Of a stretch of DNA of 60,322 bases, positions 50,301-59,311 are shown piece after piece (within the stretch, counting starts at the first letter, position 1; every line of letters starts with the position of its first letter). The position numbers and the translations under genes were made by a program. The notes beneath the pieces are model-generated. The model worked only from the letters and a program-made list of their open reading frames with translations, ran no database searches and was not told the DNA's origin. Source of the stretch: Candidatus Thermosaccharophagus tengchongensis (GTDB lineage: Bacteria > Armatimonadota > Fervidibacteria > Fervidibacterales > Thermosaccharophagaceae); NCBI GenBank assembly GCA_032161105.1, contig JAVHTD010000018.1. One strand, given 5' to 3'.

Positions 50301-50899
50301 TCACCGTCGTCGGATTCGTGATTTCGTTTGAACGGCGCATGAGTAAGAGAAATGTGCCAGTTGGCTTCCTAAAGCTTGCCGACCACACAGGCGAGATTGA
50401 GGCTGTGTTGTTTAGGGATGAATGCGAAAAGTATTCGGAGGTGTTAAGCGAGCACAAAGTGGTGCTCGTTAAGGGAAGGGTGCAGCATCGCGGTGTTGAA
50501 TTTGGCTCTGATAACGAGGAGAGCCAAGAGCATGCTGAGGTGACAGTGTCCCTGCTTTGCAGCGAGATCATACCGGCAAAGTCGCTTGAGGGCGGGAGCA
50601 AATCGGTTGTCCGAGAATCAAAGCGCGCTGCAGGTGTTGGCGGCACAGCCGAAAGGGCGGCGAAGATGGGAGCGCTTCGGATAACCGTTCACCTTGAGGA
50701 GGCGTCCGGGGAAAAGCTGAAGGAGCTGCGCGAATTGCTCTCCAGCCACAGGGGCGATGTGCCAGTTGAGCTCGTTTTGGAGGATGGGCAATCAAGGCGC
50801 GTCGTCAGGCTTTCGGAGGAGTTTAAAGTTAAGGTCAGCGATGAGCTGTTGCGGAGTTTGAGGGCTATGTTCGGTGATGGGATGGTGAGCGTAAAGTGA
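47384..50899 (+). CDS. dnaE: DNA polymerase III subunit alpha
   Basis: FVHLHVHTEYSLLDG, GPGRGSAAG, PDIDLDF, KMDFLGL, YAFNKSHS and an OB fold. Confidence 0.98.
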   Translation: MVRNFVHLHVHTEYSLLDGAARIRDLVSAASKMDMPALAITDHGVMYGVIEFYEACIEAGIKPIVGCEVYLTEDRRARRGRRDSSIPHLVLLCEDEEGYHNLIRIVSKAHLEGFYYRPRVDLELLSEHSKGLIALSSCLSSPIAREILNGNSDGAMRWAALLSEVMGKGNFYLELQDHGLREQKVVNEALKAIASELKLPLVVTNDVHYVQREDAKAQEVLLRINTDSETSSRVHFETDEFYLKSPKEMFETFRDEVAALNATLEICERCDLRIKLGEPKLPKYECPDGMDSEAYLRKLCEEGIKQRYGKPTDEVKRRLEYELNVISQKGYSGYFLMVWDVVRYAKSRGIMVGPGRGSAAGCLVAYLLGITNIDPIRYGLMFERFLNPERESSPDIDLDFPDVRRDEIFSYVTDKYGRDRVAQIVTFGTLQAKAAIRDVGRVLKIEPQLVDSIAKLIPGRMSIEEALEQLLELQNYYNSNERVRELIDTAKRIEGLARHASTHPCGVVIGDRPLIDIVPLRRSTDGEGVITQYDGASVEKVGLVKMDFLGLRNSTIISHTIELIRKRRGIEIDINSIDLNDKRTYEMLSSGHSIGVFQLESRGMRQLLKDLRPECFDHLVPLVALYRPGPMDDIPKFVAGRHGKPVEYMHPKLEGILKETFGVMLYQEQVMRIAHELAGFSMPQAEILMRAMGKKKTDLMEQMRPKFIEGAVARGIERQVAERIYERMSAFAKYAFNKSHSAAYALVAYQTAYLKANFPVEYMACLLTAYKGFRNKVVTALYECRRMGIPILPPDINRSGCDFEVEGDGIRFALSAIKNVGENTVRAIVEERERGGEYKSMLDFARRVPPNAVSRGALESLIKAGAFDSLHPNRNQLLAAISDERSPLLSALRSQPKAVLAMGTLFDAGEGLNFQLQLPNVPDATIEQKLSWELELMGFAMLHDLRNWLPEAASKMVTHTIASLSEEREGTNVTVVGFVISFERRMSKRNVPVGFLKLADHTGEIEAVLFRDECEKYSEVLSEHKVVLVKGRVQHRGVEFGSDNEESQEHAEVTVSLLCSEIIPAKSLEGGSKSVVRESKRAAGVGGTAERAAKMGALRITVHLEEASGEKLKELRELLSSHRGDVPVELVLEDGQSRRVVRLSEEFKVKVSDELLRSLRAMFGDGMVSVK

Positions 50900-52257
50900 C
50901 CGAATGCAACTTCCAGATCAAAATCATAATGGCTCATGGGCGTCAGCCGAAGGATGTTGCTCAAGAGCTGAGGCGCAAGATGAGGGAGCATGCGTCGTCA
51001 GTTGAGGAGGCGGTGAGGCGGATAGTTGCCGATGTGGCGGAGCGAGGTGACGATGCTGTCGTTGAGTGCGAGCGAAAGTATGGTTGGTCTGGTTGCACAG
51101 CTGACAGGTTGCAGGTGAGCGATGAAGAGATCAACGCTGCAATTTCATCACTTGATGAGGATGTCATATCATCGCTCAAGTTCGCAAAATGCCAGCTTGA
51201 GCAATATCACATGCGCCGCTCACCGAATTCAACGATTGAGTTTTCCGATGACGGTTCGCTTTATGCGGAGCTTATCCGACCAATTGAATCGCTGCTAATT
51301 TATGTTCCGGGTGGAAGGGCTGTTTACCCATCAACGGTGTTGCATGTTGGCGTTCCGGCAGCGGTTGCCGGTGTGCCAAACATTTACATCACGACGCCGC
51401 CAGATGAACATGGCAATGTTCACCCGGCTGTGCTTGCGGCTTCAAGGTTGATCGGGGCGAAAGCTGTGTATAGGGTTGGAGGCGCACACGCTCTCGCCGC
51501 ATTCGCGTTGGGCACAAAAAGCATCCCGAAGGTGGACATGATAGCCGGTCCGGGAGGGAGTTATGTTGTTGCAGCTAAGCGGCTTCTGTTTGGCATCGTC
51601 GGTGTTGATCTCCTGCCCGGTCCGAGTGAGGTCTTTGTGATCGCTGATGATGCTGCCGATGGCGAGCTTATAGCAGTTGACATGCTATCTCAATCCGAGC
51701 ATGGAGAGGATTCGGCAGCCGTTTTGGTGACACCGTCTGAGCGGTTGCTCATGGGTGTGCGCGATGCCCTTTTGAGGATGCTCAGCGATGCCGAGAGAAA
51801 GGAGATCATCTTAAGCTCGCTAAATGCCTTCGGTGCGCTCATACTCGCCGAGAGCATTGATTGGGCTTTGGAGCTGTGCAACGAATACGCGCCCGAGCAT
51901 GTTGAGATTCACTGTGCGGATGCGCTCACCGTTGCCCTGAGGGTTCGCAATGCTGGTGCGGTCTTCGTTGGCACTCCGACAGCATGTGGCGATTATGTTG
52001 CCGGACCAAGCCATGTCTTACCGACACTCGGTGCTGCGAGGTTCTCATCCGGGTTATCGGTTGAGAGTTTTGTGAGGCGTGTGCGATGCGTGTTGCTGAG
52101 CGATGAGCGGCTATGCCGCATCGGAGGGCATGTGATTAAACTTGCATGCGTTGAGGGGTTGCACAACCACGCAAGGTCTGTGGAGATCAGGTTGAGAAGG
52201 CTCGGTGTGAGGGTGGAGAAAGGGGTGTGCTTTGATGAAGTCGGCTGGCAAACCTGA
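50896..52257 (+). CDS. hisD: Histidinol dehydrogenase
   Basis: YVPGGRAVYPS, GPSEV, SQSEH, APEH, GDYVAGPSHVLPT and EGLHNH. GTGA overlap with dnaE. Confidence 0.95.
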   Translation: MTECNFQIKIIMAHGRQPKDVAQELRRKMREHASSVEEAVRRIVADVAERGDDAVVECERKYGWSGCTADRLQVSDEEINAAISSLDEDVISSLKFAKCQLEQYHMRRSPNSTIEFSDDGSLYAELIRPIESLLIYVPGGRAVYPSTVLHVGVPAAVAGVPNIYITTPPDEHGNVHPAVLAASRLIGAKAVYRVGGAHALAAFALGTKSIPKVDMIAGPGGSYVVAAKRLLFGIVGVDLLPGPSEVFVIADDAADGELIAVDMLSQSEHGEDSAAVLVTPSERLLMGVRDALLRMLSDAERKEIILSSLNAFGALILAESIDWALELCNEYAPEHVEIHCADALTVALRVRNAGAVFVGTPTACGDYVAGPSHVLPTLGAARFSSGLSVESFVRRVRCVLLSDERLCRIGGHVIKLACVEGLHNHARSVEIRLRRLGVRVEKGVCFDEVGWQT

Positions 52258-53368
52258 TCAACTTGAGAGGGCAATGCTGATCAACGCAGAGGTTATCGAG
52301 GGGTTATCGCTCGTAGATGCGATTGTGTTTGACATTGATGGCGTGTTAGTTGATGTTTCCGAAAGCTTTAGGGTTGTCACATGTGAGGCAGTCAGGCTGT
52401 ATGCTGAGAAGATCCTCGGTTGGGAAGTGGATGTGCCGCTGTTAACGCCGAAGGAAATTGAGCTCATAAAATCGGCGGGCAATTTTAACAGCGACTGGGA
52501 TGTGGCAAAGTTTGCCGCTCTCTTTTACCTCTTCAAGAGCCTCAGGCATGGGGTAAAGCGTGCGAGTCAGCTGCGCTCGCTAAAGCCATCATTGGAGGAG
52601 TTCCTCCAAATTGTGATACGCATGGGCGGTGGCTTTGAGAAAGCCGAAAGTTACATCCTATCGCAACACGACATAGTGACTCGCCGGACGCTTGCCAGGG
52701 AATGGAAGCCGAGGCTTGTTGTCCAACTGTTCCAAGAGCTTTACGGTGGCGATGAGTGGTGTCAATACCTTTACGGCTTTCAACCGCAATATGTTCGCGG
52801 TCCCGGATACATTGAAAAGGAGCGCGTGCTGATTGATGTTAGGCTCATACCGAAGAATTTGAAACTGGGCATACTCACCGGTAGAACGAGGCGTGAAGCG
52901 GAACTCGCGTTGAAGAGATGTGGTTTGAGCGAACTCATACCGCAGCGCTTTTGGATAACGGATGACGATGGTTTAAGGAAGCCGGATGGGAGGGCGCTTT
53001 GGCTGGTGCTTGATCGGGTTGGGGCGAGCAATGCCGTGTATATTGGGGATGGGATTGATGACCTTATGACTGCGCAAAACTATTGCGAGTGGATGGAGGA
53101 GGGCTATCCGAAGGTCATATTCTGCGCCGTGCTAAGCGGCATGGATAAGGAGAGTCACCGAAGGATGTTCATTGAGCGCGGCGCCGATGTGGTCTCTCCG
53201 GATGTCAACTTCTTCCTCTCGTATTTGCGCTCCGTGATGGAGCTCAAAGCTGGTCGTGCCTCTCGGCATCTGAAAGGCAAAGTGATTGGGAGGATGCTCA
53301 AGGGAGATGGAGACAAAAAGGGTGGCATCCGTAAGCAGGCAAACGAAAGAGACGAAGGTTCATGTTGA
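52235..53368 (+). CDS. HAD-superfamily hydrolase (TIGR01548-like), candidate histidinol-phosphate phosphatase
   Basis: FDIDGVLVDVSESF, GNFNSDW, LTGR, KPDG and YIGDGIDD; located between hisD and hisB. Confidence 0.8.
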   Translation: MKSAGKPDQLERAMLINAEVIEGLSLVDAIVFDIDGVLVDVSESFRVVTCEAVRLYAEKILGWEVDVPLLTPKEIELIKSAGNFNSDWDVAKFAALFYLFKSLRHGVKRASQLRSLKPSLEEFLQIVIRMGGGFEKAESYILSQHDIVTRRTLAREWKPRLVVQLFQELYGGDEWCQYLYGFQPQYVRGPGYIEKERVLIDVRLIPKNLKLGILTGRTRREAELALKRCGLSELIPQRFWITDDDGLRKPDGRALWLVLDRVGASNAVYIGDGIDDLMTAQNYCEWMEEGYPKVIFCAVLSGMDKESHRRMFIERGADVVSPDVNFFLSYLRSVMELKAGRASRHLKGKVIGRMLKGDGDKKGGIRKQANERDEGSC

Positions 53369-53894
53369 GCTGTGCTTGGATGGAAGTGGGAATGCATCAG
53401 TTGAGACTGGCATTGGCTTCTTTGATCACATGCTTGAGACGCTTTGCAAGCACGCCATGTTTGACATGACTGTGAGAGCCGAAGGCGATTTGCATGTTGA
53501 TGCGCACCACCTCGTTGAAGATGTTGGAATCGTCTTGGGCAAATGCATTGATGAGGCACTCGGAGAGAGGGTTGGCATAGCGAGGTTTGGGCATGCGATA
53601 GTCCCGATGGATGATGCCCTCGTGCTTGTGTCGGTTGACTTGGGCGGCAGGAGCTTCCTTAGTTGGGATGTGGATGTGGTTGTGCAGAGTATTGGCTCAT
53701 TTGATGCGGTGCTTGCCGAGGAGTTCTTCCGTGCGCTGTGCTGCAATGCGAGGATGAACTTGCATGTGAGAAAGCTCTCGGGAAAGAACGCCCATCACAT
53801 CATTGAGGCAGCCTTCAAGGCTTTTGCCGTAGCTATGAGGTGTGCAGTTAGCATTAGCTCAAGTTCCATCCCGAGCACAAAGGGCACGCTATAG
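53307..53894 (+). CDS. hisB: Imidazoleglycerol-phosphate dehydratase
   Basis: RQTKET, TGIGFFDHML, DAHHLVED, PMDDA, NAHHIIEA and PSTKG. Confidence 0.97.
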   Translation: METKRVASVSRQTKETKVHVELCLDGSGNASVETGIGFFDHMLETLCKHAMFDMTVRAEGDLHVDAHHLVEDVGIVLGKCIDEALGERVGIARFGHAIVPMDDALVLVSVDLGGRSFLSWDVDVVVQSIGSFDAVLAEEFFRALCCNARMNLHVRKLSGKNAHHIIEAAFKAFAVAMRCAVSISSSSIPSTKGTL

Positions 53895-53896
53895 CG

Positions 53897-55039
53897 GTGG
53901 TGAGTGGTGTGCCGATACAGCGTGAAAGGTTGCTTGATGACCTCCTTGAACTTGTGCGCATACCAAGCCCGTCACTGCGCGAGGGCATGGTGGCTCAAGC
54001 TGTCATAAGCAGGCTCAAAGAGGTCGGTGCCGATGTTGAGGTTGACACCGCAAATGAAGCCATAGGCGGTGAGCATGGAAACATCATCGCGAGGATTGAT
54101 GGTAATTTAAATGTGCCGGCTTTGCTTTTGAATGCACACATTGACACAGTGACGCCCTGTGAAAATGTCGTGCCGGTCGTTGAGTGCGATTGCATACGGA
54201 GCAATGGGGAGACCATCCTCGGAGCCGATGATAAGGCAGGTGTGTGCATAATACTTGAGGCGCTGCGAGTGCTGCGTGAGGATAAAGTCGCCCATGGACC
54301 AATTGAGGTTGTATTCACCATCGCCGAGGAAATCGGGCTGCTCGGTGCAAAGCATCTTGACTATAGCCGGCTGACTGCGAAATGCGGGTTTGTATTTGAT
54401 GGCGGTGCGCCTGTAAGTAAGGTCGTGGTTGCCGCGCCGACGCAGAAGAACATAAGGGCGAAGATACGGGGCATAGCATCGCATGCCGGTGTGTCGCCTG
54501 AGAAAGGCGTTAATGCCATAGTGCTTGCAAGCAGGGCAATTGCGAAAATGAGGCTCGGAAGGATTGATGATGAGACGACCGCAAACATCGGTGTGATTCG
54601 TGGCGGGCGCGCAACGAACATCGTTCCCGATTTGGTTGAACTTCATGGGGAAGCCAGAAGCCACGATGAGAGAAAGCTTGATGAGCAAATTGAGCACATG
54701 CGCTCCCTGCTCATAGCTGAGGCGGAGCAGGGCGGTGGCAGCGCGGAAGTTGAGGTGGAGCTCAAGTATCGCTCGTTCATGGTGGGCGAAGATGAGCTTC
54801 CGGCAATTGTTGTGAGAGTTGCCCTTGAAAGGCTCGGTGAAACGCCGGTCTGGAAACGGGGTGGTGGCGGGAGCGATGCAAACATCTTCAACGAGCGTGG
54901 CATAAGATCGGTCATCGTGTCCTCGGCTGAACAGAATGCTCACATGCTGAGCGAGTTTGTTTGCCTAAGCGATATGGAGAGAGCCACTCAGTTGGCAATT
55001 GAACTTGTGCGCTCATTTGCCAGTGTTGCGGGCAGTTGA
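53897..55039 (+). CDS. M20 peptidase T-like protein
   Basis: [31 protein letters not shown] and GGGSDAN. Confidence 0.92.
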   Translation: MVSGVPIQRERLLDDLLELVRIPSPSLREGMVAQAVISRLKEVGADVEVDTANEAIGGEHGNIIARIDGNLNVPALLLNAHIDTVTPCENVVPVVECDCIRSNGETILGADDKAGVCIILEALRVLREDKVAHGPIEVVFTIAEEIGLLGAKHLDYSRLTAKCGFVFDGGAPVSKVVVAAPTQKNIRAKIRGIASHAGVSPEKGVNAIVLASRAIAKMRLGRIDDETTANIGVIRGGRATNIVPDLVELHGEARSHDERKLDEQIEHMRSLLIAEAEQGGGSAEVEVELKYRSFMVGEDELPAIVVRVALERLGETPVWKRGGGGSDANIFNERGIRSVIVSSAEQNAHMLSEFVCLSDMERATQLAIELVRSFASVAGS

Positions 55040-55061
55040 GCAACGGCGCTGCGAGGTTGTC

Positions 55062-55655
55062 ATGGGCATGATTTTGATGATTGACAATTATGACTCATTC
55101 ACATACAATCTCGTGCAATATCTCGGCGAGCTGGGTGCGGAGCTTGTCGTCTACCGAAACGACAAAATAACGATTGAGCAAATTGAGGACTTGAAGCCGT
55201 CACACATTGTCATATCACCCGGACCTTGCACACCAAAGGAAGCAGGGATATCGGTGGAAGTGGTGAGGCGGTTTGCGGGCAGGATACCCATACTCGGTGT
55301 TTGCTTGGGGCATCAGTGTATTGGTGAGGCATTCGGAGGGAAGATTATACGGGCTAAGCGATTGATGCACGGGAAGACCTCACCGATAAGGCATGATGGA
55401 AGGACCATCTACCATGGTTTGCCGAACCCATTCATTGCTACACGGTATCACTCACTCGTTATAGATCGCCTATCACTGCCATCATGCCTTGAAGTGAGCG
55501 CCATCTCTGAGGATGACGATGAAGTGATGGGCGTGAGGCATATTGAGTTCCCGCCGGAAAGGTGTGTTGAGGGTGTGCAGTTTCATCCAGAGTCAATTCT
55601 CACGGATGTGGGGAAGGATCTTTTGCGCAACTTTCTGGAGATGACCTCAAGGTGA
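55062..55655 (+). CDS. Anthranilate/aminodeoxychorismate synthase glutamine amidotransferase component (TrpG/PabA)
   Basis: [27 protein letters not shown] and QFHPES. Confidence 0.96.
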   Translation: MGMILMIDNYDSFTYNLVQYLGELGAELVVYRNDKITIEQIEDLKPSHIVISPGPCTPKEAGISVEVVRRFAGRIPILGVCLGHQCIGEAFGGKIIRAKRLMHGKTSPIRHDGRTIYHGLPNPFIATRYHSLVIDRLSLPSCLEVSAISEDDDEVMGVRHIEFPPERCVEGVQFHPESILTDVGKDLLRNFLEMTSR

Positions 55656-55813
55656 GATTCGGCGTTAGCGCATGGGCATAGCTGAGCGAACTGATTGCCG
55701 TGCCGTGTGATACATTCAAAGGGAATTGCTTTACAATAGAGCAATGGTGGAGAAGGACGATCGGTTTCGGCTTTTAAGAGGCAGCTATAAAGCTCCCCTT
55801 CGGGGTGAAAGCC

Positions 55814-57553
55814 ATGTCGGGCGAGCTGAGGGACAAAAACTCGGCTGAAGAGCTTAAGGCACGCCTGCGTGAACTTGAGGAGCAACTTATTCAGCTCCAA
55901 GCTGAGCGCAGGCGATTGCAACAGCAGCTTGCCGAAATGAGGGCTATGGAAGAGGCGCTCCCTCCGACATCCGAGAGCGAGTTGAATCGCACCTTAAAGA
56001 GGATGCTCACTCGCTTCGCTCGTTTCTTGCAAGCAAACAAGTGCTTCCTTATGCTCCACGATCCAACTAACGACAAGCTCATGATTCGTGAGCCAATTAT
56101 AGGGTTTGATGAGAGCCACAGTCAGCAGCTTAAGAGCATGTGTGATGTTGAGGGTGAGTTTAACGCGGCGTTCAGGGAGCGGCGAATGATAGTTTTGAAC
56201 TCACTTGAGGGCTGCGAAGCGCCGGATTTGCGCGTGCTGCGAGAGATGGGGATCAAAAATGTGCTTGCAGTGCCAATGATTTGGGAGAGGCGCGATGAGG
56301 ACCAGCATGTGATTGAGCGCAGACCAATTGGCGTGCTTGCCTTCTTTGACAAACGCGGTGACAGCGGCTTTGTTACAGAGGATAGGCGAATTGTTGAAGT
56401 GCTCGCAAGGCAAGCTGCCGCAGTCATTGCCGGCGCTCAGCTCATCATTCAGGTTGTTGAGCGCAAGCAGGAGCTTGAGAGGGCTTTTCAAAGCATGGTT
56501 GCTGGTGTGGTTGTTGTGAACCTTAAAGGCAGGATCCAACTTATCAACCAGATAGCACTGAACGCATTCTGCAACAAAGTTATGGACGGGATTGGAAAGC
56601 CATACGAAGAAGTTGTAAAGCATGATGGTGCGAGGGCGGTCATTGAGCGGGCTTTAAACGAGATGGCTGAATTAACCGAGGATGTTGAGATAACGGAGCC
56701 CGAAGAGCGCATTTTCAGGGCTCAGACTGCCGTTGTGAAGGACGAAAGTGGCAATCCTACCGGAATAATTGCCGTATTCACGGACATCACGGAGATAAGG
56801 CGGCTTGAACAGATGAAGACGCACTTCGTTGCAGCAGTCTCACACGAACTTAGAACGCCCCTCACTTCAATCAAGGGATTCATTTCAACGCTGCTTGACG
56901 ATACTGAGGGTTACTTTGACCACCAAACACGATACGAGTTTTACCAGATCATTGACCAGGAGTGTGACAGGCTCCGCAGGTTGATTGATGACTTGCTCAA
57001 CCTCTCAAGAATTGAAAGGGGACTGGCGCTGCAACCCAACTGGCAGGTTGTGGATGTCGTTTCGGTCGTAAAGAGAGTCCTCGCAGCTCAGCAGGCGTAT
57101 ACTGATAAGCATGAACTCATCATGGACATACCCGAGGAGTTGCCGCCGATAGTCGCTGATGAAGACAAGCTTGACGAGATGCTAACAAACCTCGTAAACA
57201 ACGCCATAAAGTATTCGCCTGATGGCGGTAAGGTTATTGTGCGTGTTGTCAGGGAAGATAATACCCTGCTCTTCAGTGTCAAAGACGAAGGCATTGGCAT
57301 ACCGAGGGAGAAGCTCACCGCAATATTTGAAAAGTTTGCTCGCATTGACACGAGGGAAACAAGGGCAGCCGGCGGCACGGGTCTTGGCTTATACTTGGTC
57401 AAGCATCTCGTTGAAGCACATGATGGTGTAATATGGGCGGAGAGCGAGGGCGTCGGGAAGGGTTCCACATTCTATTTCCGCCTGCCAATCTTCCCGAACA
57501 GGGCGAGGGCGGAGAATTATCTCTTTCCCGAGGTTGAAAAGCACTTGCATTAA
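55814..57553 (+). CDS. Soluble sensor histidine kinase (coiled coil-GAF-PAS-HisKA-HATPase)
   Basis: SHELRTPL, NLVNNAIKY, DEGIGI and GGTGLGL; no TM segment evident. Confidence 0.95.
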   Translation: MSGELRDKNSAEELKARLRELEEQLIQLQAERRRLQQQLAEMRAMEEALPPTSESELNRTLKRMLTRFARFLQANKCFLMLHDPTNDKLMIREPIIGFDESHSQQLKSMCDVEGEFNAAFRERRMIVLNSLEGCEAPDLRVLREMGIKNVLAVPMIWERRDEDQHVIERRPIGVLAFFDKRGDSGFVTEDRRIVEVLARQAAAVIAGAQLIIQVVERKQELERAFQSMVAGVVVVNLKGRIQLINQIALNAFCNKVMDGIGKPYEEVVKHDGARAVIERALNEMAELTEDVEITEPEERIFRAQTAVVKDESGNPTGIIAVFTDITEIRRLEQMKTHFVAAVSHELRTPLTSIKGFISTLLDDTEGYFDHQTRYEFYQIIDQECDRLRRLIDDLLNLSRIERGLALQPNWQVVDVVSVVKRVLAAQQAYTDKHELIMDIPEELPPIVADEDKLDEMLTNLVNNAIKYSPDGGKVIVRVVREDNTLLFSVKDEGIGIPREKLTAIFEKFARIDTRETRAAGGTGLGLYLVKHLVEAHDGVIWAESEGVGKGSTFYFRLPIFPNRARAENYLFPEVEKHLH

Positions 57554-57668
57554 AGACTCACATCGGAAACTTACAGGCATTGCTTTCCCAACTGTTATGT
57601 AACCGCGACTGAAGGGCATGAATATGTTCACTGTGAGCGACTCACGCGCTCCCGATGGGGAGAAAGAG

Positions 57669-58142
57669 ATGCCGAAGAAGGGGATCCGAATAGCCATTGG
57701 CGCGGACCATGCTGGGTATGAGTTGAAGCGTTACATCATTGAGATGCTGTGTGAAGAGGGCTACGAATGCATTGACTATGGTGTGAACTCACCCGAAAGC
57801 GCCGACTACCCTGATGTTAGTTACGAGGTTGCGTCTGCGGTGGCGAAAGGTGATTGTGCCTTCGGGATACTCATTTGTGGCACCGGCATAGGAAGCTCAA
57901 TCGTAGCAAACAAGATTCCCGGCGTGAGATGTTCACTATGCTGGAATGAATACACAGCTGTGATGGCGAGGGCGCACAACGATGCCAATGTGCTTGCGCT
58001 CGGGGCAAGGGTGCTCGGAAACGAGTTAGCATGGAGTATCGTGAAGGCATGGCTGGCAACACCTTTCAGCAACGAGGAAAAGCACGTTAGGCGTGTGCAC
58101 AAAATCAACTTGATTGAGCAGAGAGCAATGGCAAGGGAGTAA
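57669..58142 (+). CDS. rpiB: Ribose-5-phosphate isomerase B
   Basis: GADHAG, DYPD, CGTGIG, ANK, HNDAN and HVRR. Confidence 0.96.
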   Translation: MPKKGIRIAIGADHAGYELKRYIIEMLCEEGYECIDYGVNSPESADYPDVSYEVASAVAKGDCAFGILICGTGIGSSIVANKIPGVRCSLCWNEYTAVMARAHNDANVLALGARVLGNELAWSIVKAWLATPFSNEEKHVRRVHKINLIEQRAMARE

Positions 58143-58245
58143 CGCCTAAAACCGAACCCAGACTTTGGGCACCTAAAGTGGTTGCCCTTGAAGCTTTGGA
58201 TTTGAGATGGCTGCTTGTAACCATGCCATCAAGGCGGAATGAGAC

Positions 58246-59265
58246 ATGAACGATGCGACGGCTAAGGTGGTGCAATTTATTGCAATCGGGTTATCCTTCA
58301 CGGTCTCCTGCATTGTGTCGCTTCTTGTGACTCCGCCAGTCAGGCGCCTCGCAATCGCCATAGGCGCAGTTGACGACCCAACAAGGGATGAGAGGAGAAT
58401 ACACACGCAACCGATACCGAGGCTTGGCGGGCTCGCATTGTTTCTTGGCGTGCTAATTGGGGCTCCAGTTGGGTGGGCTGCGCTCACAGCAAGCGCACCG
58501 TTGGCTCAGAAATTGAACACGGAGATTGGCATGCCATGGCTTGGTATACTGGTTGGTGCAGTCTGCATCGTTGTCGTTGGAGCAGTGGATGACATAATCG
58601 GTCTTGGGGCTTGGATGAAACTGCTCGGGCAAATACTTTCCGCCCTGATTGCGATGTTGTTTGGGGCGCGCATCCTCTTTTTCAAACTGCCCACCGTTGA
58701 AGGCTACATTTATCTCTCAACCTTGCAAAGCGTGCTCCTGACAGCGCTCTGGATCGTCATGATGATCAACGCCGTCAACTTGATTGATGGTCTGGATGGG
58801 TTGGCAGCTGGGGTATCATGCATTGCTGCTATAACGCTTTGCATCCTCACGCTTCAGCGCAACATGCTCTCGGTTGCGTGTGGTCTTGTGAGCGTTGCCG
58901 GGGCTTGCATTGGCTTCCTGCCATACAACTTCAACCCAGCACGCATATTCATGGGGGACACGGGAGCGATGTTGCTGGGCTATCTCTTCGCCACGATGTC
59001 AATCGTTGGGACTGTCAAAAGCGCACTGGCAATTTGGCTTCTTCCAACTACAGCAGTTGTGCTTGGCTATCCACTCGTGGATACGCTCTTTGCCATCTTG
59101 AGGCGTGCCCTCAAGCTACAACCCATCTTCAAAGCCGACAAAGCGCACTTGCATCATCGGCTGCTCAAGCGTGGGCTAACGCATCGCCAAGCGGTGCTCA
59201 TCCTATACGCGCTGAGTTTAGCGTTATGCGCTGTGGCATATGTTCTCTCGCAGCTTGCCTTCTAA
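58246..59265 (+). CDS. Undecaprenyl-phosphate GlcNAc-1-phosphate transferase (WecA/TagO, glycosyltransferase family 4)
   Basis: PRLGG, GAVDD, NAVNLIDGLDGL, FMGDTG and AHLHHRL; multiple TM helices. Confidence 0.95.
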   Translation: MNDATAKVVQFIAIGLSFTVSCIVSLLVTPPVRRLAIAIGAVDDPTRDERRIHTQPIPRLGGLALFLGVLIGAPVGWAALTASAPLAQKLNTEIGMPWLGILVGAVCIVVVGAVDDIIGLGAWMKLLGQILSALIAMLFGARILFFKLPTVEGYIYLSTLQSVLLTALWIVMMINAVNLIDGLDGLAAGVSCIAAITLCILTLQRNMLSVACGLVSVAGACIGFLPYNFNPARIFMGDTGAMLLGYLFATMSIVGTVKSALAIWLLPTTAVVLGYPLVDTLFAILRRALKLQPIFKADKAHLHHRLLKRGLTHRQAVLILYALSLALCAVAYVLSQLAF

Positions 59266-59311
59266 TTCATCACGGCTGATGCACAGGTGTTGCAACTGCA
59301 CCGCAGTGGGA

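Noticed and set aside
47384..50899. Intein in DnaE (also considered for the RpoB and RpoC inserts)
   Set aside because: DnaE is of normal length, and the RNAP inserts lack C/S...HN splice junctions and endonuclease motifs.
54107..54943. 278-aa minus-strand ORF
   Set aside because: Antisense shadow of the M20 peptidase.
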